Notes: generated by a model not told the origin, from the letters alone. Numbered from the stretch's first letter, positions 11,321-21,968 are shown. The stretch: DNA of 47,092 bases from Hormiphora californensis (GCA_020137815.1 WFME01000014.1:1-47092); one strand, 5' to 3'. Made by a program: numbers and translations.

Positions 11321-14300
11321 AGATTCACAAAACTCTCTCTGTGAAGCCTCATCAAGTGGCATGTATTTGTGTTTCATTGGAGGTTCTGCTACTATCTCAA
11401 AGTTACTCGGATCATCATCTATGTCAACTTCGGGTACATCTGATGGTGCTGGCAGTACTTTTGTTTCACAAATTTTACGCTTGTTACTCTTAACTGCGGT
11501 AAGACCGGAAAGGAGGGGATAATAATGGTTATCATTTTCATACATGACATTCATGTTAAAATTGTTAGTCTTTTCAATTAACCTATTTTCCAGCAAAAAC
11601 CGTCGTCCCCAAAGTAGCGGGCTGTCAAAACCATCGTCTAGATTCATTATCCATTTTCCTTTCACACTTGAAAAAATATTAATGGGTAAACTAAGCATAC
11701 ACGCAGTGAGGTCCACTATTATCTCATCTGCATACTCATTACGTGTTTGGTGTGTGCTCAAAAACTTACTAAACTCATCAACATCGTCATTGAAATACAC
11801 ATTTGCGACACTACGTTTATTGGATGAGGCAAAACTTAAAACTTTTTCCTTAACTACACACCAGTAATTTTCATCACCACACAACATGGATGATACAGAG
11901 CGGTACCAGCAATTTCCGTCACCCTCCACATTCCCTATTTCCTTAGACCTCTCATGGGGCTTTCTTGTCTCTGTAATAACTTCAGATTCTGTTCCATTAT
12001 ATGCCTTCTTAACAAATGGTATGTTTACACTTTTGCAAACCTCCCTTTGTGTCGCCTCGTCCAGGGGTCTGTATTGGAATGTATTACGTACATCTTCTAC
12101 CCTCGCAGAGTCATTTTGAACACCTTGGTCGCCCACGTGTACTGGCTCATTTGGCAGTGCTGGCAATACTTTTGATTTAACAGTTTTCTTCTTTCTATTC
12201 TTAGGTGCTACTTTCGTTCGTTTCTTGCTTTTAATTTTCTTTTTGCTAACTTCCCGTATGACTTCTTTGGCCTTCTTCTTAGCACCAGTGGTGTACCATA
12301 ACCTTTCTGGAATACATTTTTTCTCTTCTAACAGCGGGCTCCTGATTACAGTACCTTTCTGTTTTTCATATTCTCTTACAACACGGGGATCAGGTTTAAC
12401 CTTGTTGGCTTTAAAATTTAGGAGATGCAATCCTTCCAGAGTTTTACATCGCGACAAAGCTACATATGACATTCCCGTTTCAAACACTGTCATGCCGAGA
12501 TCAGCGAACACACATTTTAATGTTAGAGACTGGCTTTTATGAATAGTAATAGCATAACTAGCTGTCAACGAGAACATCTTCCTTCTAACAACTATCTTTT
12601 TAAACCTAAATTCACGTTCAATACGTTCAACACCATACTCCTCTGACTGATTGTCAAACTTGACAACGACCACACTAACAAATTTTGTTTTCTTCGAAAC
12701 ACTATCATACTCGAATCTAACGATTTTCCCTACCGCACCATTCACCAATCCTGGTTTAGTGTTGTCGTTGTACCGTAACATTACTCTTGTTCCCACTCCC
12801 AAATGTAATTCCTTTTCAAGACCAGCAGTTTCCCGGGCATCAAGTCCCTCTAATTGTTCGCTTAAATGTTTATACTGACTCCGTGAACCTTTCCGAAACT
12901 TATCAATAGCCGTTATCTTGATGGGAACTTCACCCTTCACTTCCATTACTTTTTTATTAAAGTCTTTACACATTGATGTTTTGGCAACTAAACATACGGG
13001 ATTGCTACCGCTATCTTCTAGCTGGCGATATTTCTCGATGATCGTTTCAAAAGCATCTTTTCCCTCAGCCACCGGTATAACTCTACTTTTTAACACTTCC
13101 ACATCATCTTCCGATAGTATACCAAAACGAGCTCGCTCCAGCAATTCCCGCCACAACTTATTATTGTCACCCGATTGCCGTTGATTTTGCGTCAACTCCA
13201 TGAACTCAAATTCGTCCCACAGATTTACTAGTTTTCCTTTCAGGACGTGTTTACCCTCGTCTATTTTTATAAGAGTGTTCAAATTGACGGGCTCAAATGG
13301 AAATTTAGCAGCAACAGGTTTCAATTGAAACAGATCTCCAAAGATCATAATGGGAATGCCACCAAATGTCTCATCGCTACTGAAAATTTCACTCATTCTT
13401 GACGAAATTTGTACAAGAGTATGATTACTGACCATAGAGATTTCATCTATGATATGACCTACAGTATCAGTGTACGTAGCTTGTAGCTTTAACTTAATCC
13501 TAACATCCAGGTGATTCAGAAGTTCTTTTTTCGCAAAGGTAACAGGTAAATACCACAGCCCATGTAATGTCACACCACCTACACCAAAACTTGCAATACC
13601 TGTGGGTGCACCCAACAATATTCTCATAATGGTACCTGGATTTTCCTGACTTTCAACATACGCATAAGACATAACCCCACGAATAACATATGACTTTCCT
13701 GTTCCACCGGATCCAGACACAAAATAACGGGCAGGCTTAAAGGTAGTACATGAACAAAGGTTCTTTTTATGCAATCTATAATGAGCTACATTTTCCGTAA
13801 ATCTAACATACACCATCGATTGTCCTTCTCCAAAACTGCCTACCATATCATCAAGTTCTTTCCTCGTTTTTACAGGAACATTTTCGTACATTTCATCTGG
13901 AATGTTAGACTCTGAGCCACCATCACCTACACCATTATTGTCATCATTACCCGTTGGACATTCATCACTACTGCAGTTACCATCGTCAATTTTTGACAAC
14001 TTCTCTCTCTCCACTTCAATGGCCTTCTGCTTCCGTGCCAGTTCAAGTGCTTTCTCTACGTCATATTTTAAATCGTCGTGCAAATCTTTGATACGAAGGT
14101 ATTCCTCGTGATATGTCGTCGACGGTCCCATTAGCGTTGATTCATCAACCCACGGCGTGTACATCATAATACGGGACATGTAAAAGTCTTCTTCTTTCCC
14201 TTCAACAAGTGACGGACCTACAATTAGTAAACGTTTCTTTTCATTTTCACTATTCTTAGCCATGAATCCCTTATCATTTTTTAGAGTTATCAATTTGTCT

Positions 14301-17300
14301 GGTTTAACATTGCCCGGTTTATTACCAATTCTACTGCAATGCATGCGATAATCATACAAAGACATCTCAGCCAGATCGTCCGGTCTATTTGGATAAAAGT
14401 CATCTACGAGGCTGCCGTGTGTTACATCTTCACTATCATCCGGTAACATGCTGCGCTGTGCTTTGGACTTCAACATTTTACCTCTCTTCTCTCGGGGCAA
14501 GGCTGCAATGAAAACATGCTTAATCGTTGTATATACTGGGTTTATTGCAAGGATTTGGTAACTCGCCTCAATGGAACCTATTTCTCTTGATCGCATAATT
14601 CGCATAGCTGCAGACAACATATTACTGGTATTGGAGGCACCTTCGTTAAGTTGTAAAAAATCCATTTGATCAATCAGACTGGTAGGGGCTTTACATGCGT
14701 ATTTACTAACATAACCTGCAACAGTAGATGCATCATCACATATCAGCTGGATGTCGTGGTTTCCCTCCCAAATCATGAGCAATATAGGATTGTAATCGTT
14801 AACATACATTTCCCGTGTTGTTCGAGGTATTTCGAGAAGCCTAACATTGAACTGGCTCTCCCGTCGAGATTGAACAGAGGCAGCAACAGAACTGAGTACA
14901 GCGTGTTCGGTGTTCTTACGAGGAAAGCCAAATTTACATTTACATTTACCACTTTTTTTTGACGTTTTCAAACAGTACGAATTGCACTTGTGTACTTGAT
15001 GCTTCAACACAAGGTCTCTCATTATAGGATCATCCTCATCTGGCAATTTACATGAAATGTACCGTAGTCCAAATTTAATTACTTCTTCTGGGCTATCCCG
15101 GCCAATTATGGGAGCACCTTCTATCCATATCAGACAGTGAAAATGTGGCATGAGACGAGTTTGGTACTCGGTGCGGATGAAACAGTTAGTTACTTTGCCA
15201 ATGGGATTTGCTTCAGACATGAACAGTTCGCGTGTTGCGTTCCACTTCGCTTGGATGTACTGTCCAGTAAGAATTGGATCAAGGCATACCAGCTGTGAGG
15301 TTGACATCTTCTTAACATTAGGTACATCGGAATTCTGGCTAACTAGGTACTTGTGCAGCTTAGAGTCATTATACTCGGCGGGGGACATGGTTAAGAAAAA
15401 TGTGGGAGGTCCAAATCGGTATATCATAGCTTCAGCAATTTTAAGTTTAGCCTTCCAAAATGCCGCCTGACTAGGTACTTTCTTCAACACATTTCGCACA
15501 TTCTTCAAAAACAGATTGGCCTTCTCTTGAAAGTTATCGCTACTCTCCAAAAACTTCTTGGTTATTGACGTGGAATTTTCTACTGTAAAAATACCCTTAA
15601 ATATGTCTCTATTTTCCCTTTGATTTAACAGATGAAACAGATATGGTGTGTCACGCCGATGGGGACCGCAGCTAGTCAACAACGCAGCTTTTTCAAATTG
15701 ACTGTTATTTATCTTCCTTGGTCTGTCCTCCCGGGCACCATTTATACCATAAGGAAATCGCTTGACAAACGAGAGTGTATCCAAGTCTATGTGGTCCGTT
15801 TGAAGTGGCTTATTGCCGATTTTCAGCAGCTCGACTACATCTTCAAATTTTAGTTCACTTTTACTTTCCTTGGAATCGACAAACACAAAGTTACGATATG
15901 CCAACATGTCGTCCGACGTTATATACTTCACATACGATTTACCCGATCTTATACCCTCATGGGCTGGTGCAAAGTAGTACCCTCGATTCTGTATGACATT
16001 TAAGTTCATGGCAAAATCATCGTCTTTCGACTTAATTTCATGACAAAAACGATCTCTTCTAAGCCATACGGTGTTACTACCATTGGGGCCTTTCGATGAC
16101 ATTAATATGTGCCACTGGTTATCACCTGACCGGTCATTGTTAAAAACGTTGATGGGGACATTCAAATATACAGCTGTGACCTCCAAAACAATAGGATATG
16201 AAAAACTTACACTGTCTTTCATATCTTTTTTCAATGACTCAACACATTTACCAAATGCAGGATTTCCCTTGTACATATTGTTCGTATTCTTCACTATGTC
16301 TACTACTACCTCAATATTGTTATCAATAAAATCTCCTACAGCTTTCTTAAATCTCTGCCACTGCCGCTGGTTACCGGTTACAAGATAGGACACTGTGCGC
16401 CACCAACTATCTTCTTGTTTTACAGTGACAGACTCTTCGGGTACTGCTTTAACTTCTACTACAAGGCATGGCGAGTCACACGTGCTAGACTTTTTTTCAA
16501 ATTTCACACCTTCAATTTGATCACAAACCATTTTCTGCCAATCAACATCAACTGGATAATATTCAAACGTTGGACAACCACTTCCTTCACCATCTGTGTT
16601 AGAGTCACTGTTGGAATCGGTATTGGAATCAGATTTTACACCTTCTACTTCGGTGCCAAAAACATCAGGTAGCTCTTCATCAACGTTATCCGGGGGTGCC
16701 ATGTTCCTAAAATTTACATTATTCTCACACAGCCACATAAGCGCTGGAATGACACGATTACGTTTGACAATTTCACGAAACACTTTCCTATCCTTGGTCG
16801 GAACATTATACACTTGAATAAGATTTGCAGCAGACTCTATTAACTGTTTCCAATCATTTTTACTAAAGATTTCCAATGTTTCCAGTGTTTTCTCGGTTGA
16901 CAACGGAAGATATATACTGTTCCCTTTCAATTTCGATAAACGTTCACTAAATGGCAATTTCGTGCTTATTGTCCCTGACTTTATAACAGTTTGAAAGCAT
17001 TTTGCTGGGCTAATCAACATTGTCTCGATATCATTCAGGCAGGACAGTACAGGTGGAGTTCTACCGGCAAACATGTTATTCAAAACAGACGTAGGTGGAA
17101 TTTGGTCCTTACGTAAATGCACTCTACACCCACTACAAAGTGTCAGACCATGCAACTGGCGCAACGGGTGATCAACTTCAACGTCACAATTCTCTTCACT
17201 TTCATCGTCTGTACCAGAGCTAAGATTACCACTCATGCCACTTACACTACCCTCTCCAGATGAATCACTTTCTGTTTCCCTTTCCGTTGGCAACAGATTC

Positions 17301-20300
17301 AATTCAGTCAGTTTTTTAAGCAAATCTATGATAGTTTGATGTGGCACGATATCCTTACATTTGTCATTTTTAAATCCCTTCCATTTGACAACATCTATCT
17401 TAGACCAATTAGACGGTTTCACAAGTGTTTGACAGCTAACACAATTCGCTGATGGAAATTTCGATGCAGATTTTCGGAACACTTCCATATGTGACGGGGC
17501 CTTTCTCTTTGTAGAGTCTGACTGCTTGGAGAGAAGTTCAGTAATGCTACTATATGTCATTTCATGTGCAGTTCCACCTACTTCAAGAAGATCAGCTGAG
17601 ACAGTTGATTTACCTTCTAATTTTACTTTCCGAATCAAAGCAAGTAATTCTATGTCATCAACTAGGGTCGCAGTGTCAATATCACATAAAACTTGGTGGG
17701 CTTTAACAAGGCGGCTCATGATGTTATACAACAACCTCACATTCTCATGATGTACCATTCCTTTTCGGATCAAGACCTCGAAACTTTTACATGGCTCTAC
17801 GTCATCAACTTGGGGTATGTAACATTGCAGTGGGTGATTCCGTTTACCAGGCCGATACATATACATTCGACAAACACTGTGTGGCTCGTTTTCGTTTGAA
17901 TTCCCATACTCTATTCTAGTGCACTTCAGATATTTCTCATGGACAAATTTGCGCATACTACTACTGACTAAGCTTCTCAGCTCATTTAAAAGGTCCCAGA
18001 ACATGTCAGTTTCAGCAACTGAGAACAAAATACAGTTATTAGGATCACACTCTTTCACAAGAGAACTAAAATCAAACTTCTGGCTATTTTTATATGCAAC
18101 ATTCAGGAAATAAGGTTCTGTTCCGCGTTCATGTCTACCATCACCCAGTATAGTATTTATTCTATCTTCACTACCAGTGGCTTTATCAAGTTCTTCCACA
18201 GATGTAATAATTCGGGCAGCAAATGAACTAATCCTATTAGTGTAGTGCTTAAACGACCTCAAAGCGTCAGACCTCTTGGATGCAATTTCATCAACTAACC
18301 TTTCAATACCCATTGCCATCATTACTTCATTTACAGGATCACCACTTTCTTCGTCACCACTTTCTCTGTCTCCCTTGCCGTACAACGTGTTCTTACTAAC
18401 ATCGCTCAGACTATCAGTTTCAATAATCAGTTTAACTTTCTCCAATAAATTATACTTGTACAATCCCTCTTTTTTCTCTTGTCTAATGTTAAATGGTGAC
18501 ATAAAACTTGTCCGCAACTTAGTAATTTCATCTTTTCGATCCAGAAACAGGTCTACACAACATTCATCGGGGACATGGTCACTAAGGACAAGTGTATTGA
18601 CGCAATCAGTCACAACCGTAAAATCAGTATCTATAATTCTGCTGGCACGGTACTTTGGCTGGTAATCTACCTGGTAATCTCCCTGGTACTTTTTACGTTC
18701 ATCATTGTCTCTTCTCTTTTCATCTGCTTTACTACGTGCTACACGACCCTCTTCAGACTGAGAATAATCTACCTGGTACTCTCCCTGGTACTCTTTACGA
18801 TCATCAGTGTCTCTTCTCTTTTCATCTGCTTTACTACGTGCTACACGACCCTCTTCAGACTGAGAATAATCTACCTGGTAATCTCCCTGGTACTCTTTAC
18901 GCTCATCATTGTCTCTTCTCTTTTCATCTGCTTTACTACGTGCTACACGACCCTCTTCAGACTGAGAATAATCTACCTGGTAATCTCCCTGGTACTCTTT
19001 ACGCTCATCATTGTCTCTTCTCTTTTCATCTGCTTTACTACGTGCTACACGACCATCTTCAGACTGAGAATAATCTACCTGGTACTCTCCCTGGTACTCT
19101 TTACGCTCATCATTGTCTCTTCTCTTTTCATCTGCTTTACTACGTACTACACGACCCTCTTCAGACTGAGAATAATCTACCTGGTACTCTCCCTGGTACT
19201 TTTTACGTTGCTCAGTATCTCTTCTCTTCTCTTCTGCTTTTTCAATAGCGGCCTGACCCTTGACAGACTTACTATAATCACGATTGACTTGCGACTTGGG
19301 TTTATTAACTTTGGGTTCTTCACCTTTGCGAGGTTGCTTTCTTTTCTGCCCAATACTACCCTTTCTCTTAACATACTTTCTCTTCGCAGCAGGTCTCACT
19401 AACTTTTGATCATCTCCATTATTATTATCATCATCAAGAGAAATTTCATTTGGATTCTTACCTCCACCTCTCATAGCGACTCTCCAGTTCTCAAGGTTAA
19501 CTTCAGGTGATAGTACTTGAAATCGATTCGATACCTCCACGGCGTACAGATATGTTTCTGAAATATAACCGAATGTATTAGTATGATGTACAATTTTTCC
19601 AAACTGATACAAATACTCTTTTTCATGGTCAATTAAATGCCCGGGACAATCACCTGTAACTGAAGACACATCACTTGTATGCATACTCAATTGATTCCAA
19701 TCGAACGCCACAGTATCTTTCCTCGTCACTGCACTATTTCCTGGGAATAGAGAATCAGGGTTAGCAAAAAATACATTATGATACAAGTTCTCCGATTGAA
19801 CATATTGCTTCCAATTATGAAATTTAAAATATTGAAAGGATTCCACTACGAATTTCGACAAATAAAATTCCCACATGTAATCAATTTCAGGACAGGGCAA
19901 AAACAATACTTGAAAATTTTGCAATGGCTCCGCCATGTATTTCACCAAACAAAACTCCCACTTAAAACCATTTTCAGGACAAGTTAATAGTATAAATTGA
20001 AAATTTGGCAAGGGCTCCGCCATGAATTTTGAATTCACAAAATATTTTCTAACACTTTTCTGTATTTCTGTCATTCTCTCTTTCATTTCTGTCATCTCTG
20101 TTTTGCATGTCTCTCTAACACATCCATGCAGTGATGTGATCTGGTTACTAACGACCACCAGACAAAGCCCACAATTCTGATTTTTATTACCCAATTGTGT
20201 GGGTAGCAGACAAATTTCTACCCATGCTGCGTGGGGACTAGTGCCACACCTGTCAAACACCCCGGTGGCAGGGCGGATCTGGACAAACCCTTGATCATGG

Positions 20301-20686
20301 GCCACAACCACTTCTATACACCCGATTGTGAGGGCGGCAGGATCTATTCGCACCAGTCTGCATGGGAATCTGGAAAACCTCCAGATCAGGGGCCACAATT
20401 TTACTGGAATACCCGGTTGTGAGGGCAGCAGAAATTTCGCACCATTCTGCATGGGAATCTGGAAAACCTCCAGGTCAGGGGCCACAATTTTACTGGAATA
20501 CCCGGTTGTGAGGGCATCAGAGATTTCGCACCACTCTGCATGGGTGTCCGTACAAGCCCCGGACAAGGTGCCACAACAAATTGTATACCCTGTTGTGAGG
20601 GCAGCAGAAATTTCGCACCATTCTACATGGGGGTCCGTACAAAGCCCAGACCGGGCATTAAACGATACATAGCCTAGAACAAACAA
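11300..20686 (-). CDS. Helitron RepHel polyprotein: charged repeats, CxxC..CxxC Zn finger, DUF6570-like region, inactive OTU, HUH Rep, PIF1 helicase, OTU protease (true start probably downstream of ~20200)
   Basis: Rep motifs PTFFLTMS, EYQTRLMPHFHCLIW (HUH ~15137-15148), CKFGFP, YVSKY (~14700); PIF1 motifs GSGGTGKS (~13700), APTGIA, IIDEISM, FGDLFQLKPV, LTQNQRQ, AITIHKSQ, YVALSR; OTU GDGNCWY (Cys 11909-11911)...HYYP. Confidence 0.96.
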   Translation of the reverse strand: MFVLGYVSFNARSGLCTDPHVEWCEISAALTTGYTICCGTLSGACTDTHAEWCEISDALTTGYSSKIVAPDLEVFQIPMQNGAKFLLPSQPGIPVKLWPLIWRFSRFPCRLVRIDPAALTIGCIEVVVAHDQGFVQIRPATGVFDRCGTSPHAAWVEICLLPTQLGNKNQNCGLCLVVVSNQITSLHGCVRETCKTEMTEMKERMTEIQKSVRKYFVNSKFMAEPLPNFQFILLTCPENGFKWEFCLVKYMAEPLQNFQVLFLPCPEIDYMWEFYLSKFVVESFQYFKFHNWKQYVQSENLYHNVFFANPDSLFPGNSAVTRKDTVAFDWNQLSMHTSDVSSVTGDCPGHLIDHEKEYLYQFGKIVHHTNTFGYISETYLYAVEVSNRFQVLSPEVNLENWRVAMRGGGKNPNEISLDDDNNNGDDQKLVRPAAKRKYVKRKGSIGQKRKQPRKGEEPKVNKPKSQVNRDYSKSVKGQAAIEKAEEKRRDTEQRKKYQGEYQVDYSQSEEGRVVRSKADEKRRDNDERKEYQGEYQVDYSQSEDGRVARSKADEKRRDNDERKEYQGDYQVDYSQSEEGRVARSKADEKRRDNDERKEYQGDYQVDYSQSEEGRVARSKADEKRRDTDDRKEYQGEYQVDYSQSEEGRVARSKADEKRRDNDERKKYQGDYQVDYQPKYRASRIIDTDFTVVTDCVNTLVLSDHVPDECCVDLFLDRKDEITKLRTSFMSPFNIRQEKKEGLYKYNLLEKVKLIIETDSLSDVSKNTLYGKGDRESGDEESGDPVNEVMMAMGIERLVDEIASKRSDALRSFKHYTNRISSFAARIITSVEELDKATGSEDRINTILGDGRHERGTEPYFLNVAYKNSQKFDFSSLVKECDPNNCILFSVAETDMFWDLLNELRSLVSSSMRKFVHEKYLKCTRIEYGNSNENEPHSVCRMYMYRPGKRNHPLQCYIPQVDDVEPCKSFEVLIRKGMVHHENVRLLYNIMSRLVKAHQVLCDIDTATLVDDIELLALIRKVKLEGKSTVSADLLEVGGTAHEMTYSSITELLSKQSDSTKRKAPSHMEVFRKSASKFPSANCVSCQTLVKPSNWSKIDVVKWKGFKNDKCKDIVPHQTIIDLLKKLTELNLLPTERETESDSSGEGSVSGMSGNLSSGTDDESEENCDVEVDHPLRQLHGLTLCSGCRVHLRKDQIPPTSVLNNMFAGRTPPVLSCLNDIETMLISPAKCFQTVIKSGTISTKLPFSERLSKLKGNSIYLPLSTEKTLETLEIFSKNDWKQLIESAANLIQVYNVPTKDRKVFREIVKRNRVIPALMWLCENNVNFRNMAPPDNVDEELPDVFGTEVEGVKSDSNTDSNSDSNTDGEGSGCPTFEYYPVDVDWQKMVCDQIEGVKFEKKSSTCDSPCLVVEVKAVPEESVTVKQEDSWWRTVSYLVTGNQRQWQRFKKAVGDFIDNNIEVVVDIVKNTNNMYKGNPAFGKCVESLKKDMKDSVSFSYPIVLEVTAVYLNVPINVFNNDRSGDNQWHILMSSKGPNGSNTVWLRRDRFCHEIKSKDDDFAMNLNVIQNRGYYFAPAHEGIRSGKSYVKYITSDDMLAYRNFVFVDSKESKSELKFEDVVELLKIGNKPLQTDHIDLDTLSFVKRFPYGINGAREDRPRKINNSQFEKAALLTSCGPHRRDTPYLFHLLNQRENRDIFKGIFTVENSTSITKKFLESSDNFQEKANLFLKNVRNVLKKVPSQAAFWKAKLKIAEAMIYRFGPPTFFLTMSPAEYNDSKLHKYLVSQNSDVPNVKKMSTSQLVCLDPILTGQYIQAKWNATRELFMSEANPIGKVTNCFIRTEYQTRLMPHFHCLIWIEGAPIIGRDSPEEVIKFGLRYISCKLPDEDDPIMRDLVLKHQVHKCNSYCLKTSKKSGKCKCKFGFPRKNTEHAVLSSVAASVQSRRESQFNVRLLEIPRTTREMYVNDYNPILLMIWEGNHDIQLICDDASTVAGYVSKYACKAPTSLIDQMDFLQLNEGASNTSNMLSAAMRIMRSREIGSIEASYQILAINPVYTTIKHVFIAALPREKRGKMLKSKAQRSMLPDDSEDVTHGSLVDDFYPNRPDDLAEMSLYDYRMHCSRIGNKPGNVKPDKLITLKNDKGFMAKNSENEKKRLLIVGPSLVEGKEEDFYMSRIMMYTPWVDESTLMGPSTTYHEEYLRIKDLHDDLKYDVEKALELARKQKAIEVEREKLSKIDDGNCSSDECPTGNDDNNGVGDGGSESNIPDEMYENVPVKTRKELDDMVGSFGEGQSMVYVRFTENVAHYRLHKKNLCSCTTFKPARYFVSGSGGTGKSYVIRGVMSYAYVESQENPGTIMRILLGAPTGIASFGVGGVTLHGLWYLPVTFAKKELLNHLDVRIKLKLQATYTDTVGHIIDEISMVSNHTLVQISSRMSEIFSSDETFGGIPIMIFGDLFQLKPVAAKFPFEPVNLNTLIKIDEGKHVLKGKLVNLWDEFEFMELTQNQRQSGDNNKLWRELLERARFGILSEDDVEVLKSRVIPVAEGKDAFETIIEKYRQLEDSGSNPVCLVAKTSMCKDFNKKVMEVKGEVPIKITAIDKFRKGSRSQYKHLSEQLEGLDARETAGLEKELHLGVGTRVMLRYNDNTKPGLVNGAVGKIVRFEYDSVSKKTKFVSVVVVKFDNQSEEYGVERIEREFRFKKIVVRRKMFSLTASYAITIHKSQSLTLKCVFADLGMTVFETGMSYVALSRCKTLEGLHLLNFKANKVKPDPRVVREYEKQKGTVIRSPLLEEKKCIPERLWYTTGAKKKAKEVIREVSKKKIKSKKRTKVAPKNRKKKTVKSKVLPALPNEPVHVGDQGVQNDSARVEDVRNTFQYRPLDEATQREVCKSVNIPFVKKAYNGTESEVITETRKPHERSKEIGNVEGDGNCWYRSVSSMLCGDENYWCVVKEKVLSFASSNKRSVANVYFNDDVDEFSKFLSTHQTRNEYADEIIVDLTACMLSLPINIFSSVKGKWIMNLDDGFDSPLLWGRRFLLENRLIEKTNNFNMNVMYENDNHYYPLLSGLTAVKSNKRKICETKVLPAPSDVPEVDIDDDPSNFEIVAEPPMKHKYMPLDEASQREFCESFENTIC
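18650..19260 (-). repeat. In-frame 102-bp (34-aa) tandem repeat, ~5.5 copies
   Basis: ctacctggta recurs at 18667, 18769, 18871, 18973, 19075 and 19177; YQG(E/D)YQVDYSQSEEGRVARSKADEKRRDNDERKE. Confidence 0.95.
20200..20640. repeat. Degenerate ~89-bp tandem repeats in the Helitron 5' region
   Basis: cccggttgtgagggc-like motif at 20321, 20412, 20501 and 20588 (periods 91, 89, 87). Confidence 0.8.
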
Positions 20687-21782
20687 ACGGAACCTATATT
20701 GAAAGAAGGGCGGTTAGCATCAAATTATAAACAAAAGTAATACACTTTATGCCCGGGAGTATTTGGTACAATGACATACTGCCTACGCCTATTGTGGATG
20801 GTAGCACCTTTTGTGTCCTCAATCACTGCGCTGGCAAGCGCAAAAGGTGACCCCATCCATCCCCCGAAAAAAATTTCCCCCAAAAACGGCCCGCTTGCTC
20901 ACAGCGTATATATAGTTATTTCATACTTTTAGCCCATTTTGGCACTTTTTGACATGCCATAACTCCCGAACCGGAAGAGCTAGGAAGCTGAAATTTTGTA
21001 CTTAGAAGCTTCTTGTAGATCTCTATCGATGGTAAAAATTTCAAGTGGCTAGCTCTTTTTGTTCAAAAGTTATAACACCACCCCCAAAACAGAAAATTCA
21101 GTGTGGGGATAACTAGGTTGATACATATATATATACATACATAGATGTATAGACGCTTTGTTACCTTCCGTTTGGTCCCAGTTTGAGACGAACCAGACAT
21201 CGTACGACCTTAAACCAAGCGGCATTCGACAGATAATTGTCTCGTGCATGTACCCATTTGGGTGGCGAACTCTCAGTCTTACCTATGACTGCGCGCAATG
21301 ACGTCACGAGTGACGTCATTGCGTGAGATCGACTAACTTTTTTCAAACGCCTCTAGCACCCTGAAGACGTGTTCCGATTTCTGATTTGACGGAAAATCGT
21401 TACCGGCAAATCGTCTGAACTTTCAGATACTATATTGCGAATTTTCGTAGCGTCATCATTTTGAGCCCTTAAATCGCGTCGGAAGTCAAAAATTTGACGA
21501 AAAATTCAGTAAAATTGAACAGTTTTCGAGCAAAAACTCCCTTTCCTGACCACTGTGGTCAATGATACCTTACGAAGCTCCTTCAGGGTATTCATTCAAA
21601 ATATATCGTGATAGCAATTACGTCGTTATGACGTCACTAATTACGTCAGATGACGTCATAATGACGTCTAAAATTAAGATTTTCACAGAAATTCGTCTCG
21701 TTTCTCATATAGCACATCATTTCGACAATATTACATCATGAAATAATGTCATGCTGCGATTAGAAACCAAAAAGAGACCTAA

Positions 21783-21927
21783 ATTAAGCCAAAAACTAAT
21801 TGAAATTAGTTGGCGGGAAAGGTGACCCACTTACACCTTTGCCTGCTGCCGGGATCAGGGATATAAGAGGTGAATATAATGGAATAAGACAGTGAAAGAG
21901 AGTGTGAGTGAAAGAGAGAGAGAGAGA

Positions 21928-21968
<41 letters not shown>

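Larger units (their letters stand above)
10040..21160 (-). mobile_element. Autonomous Helitron (Helitron2/Helentron-type); ends approximate
   Basis: RepHel ORF; hairpins just 3' of the last stop (10068-10121); upstream nested hairpin 20806-20849, HINE/DINE-like core (ataact...agctag...gaaatttt) at 20957-21076 and (tgta)n microsatellite at 21121-21150. Confidence 0.85.

Noticed and set aside
18575-19402. Plus-strand hydrophobic ORFs of 275 and 197 aa
   Set aside because: Antisense shadows of the 102-bp coding repeat
10510-20672. Many short plus-strand ORFs within the Helitron
   Set aside because: Antisense to a well-supported CDS and without motifs
21280-21670. Clustered TGACGTCA (CRE-like) sites as a promoter
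   Set aside because: Such palindromes are common inside invertebrate repeats; no independent support
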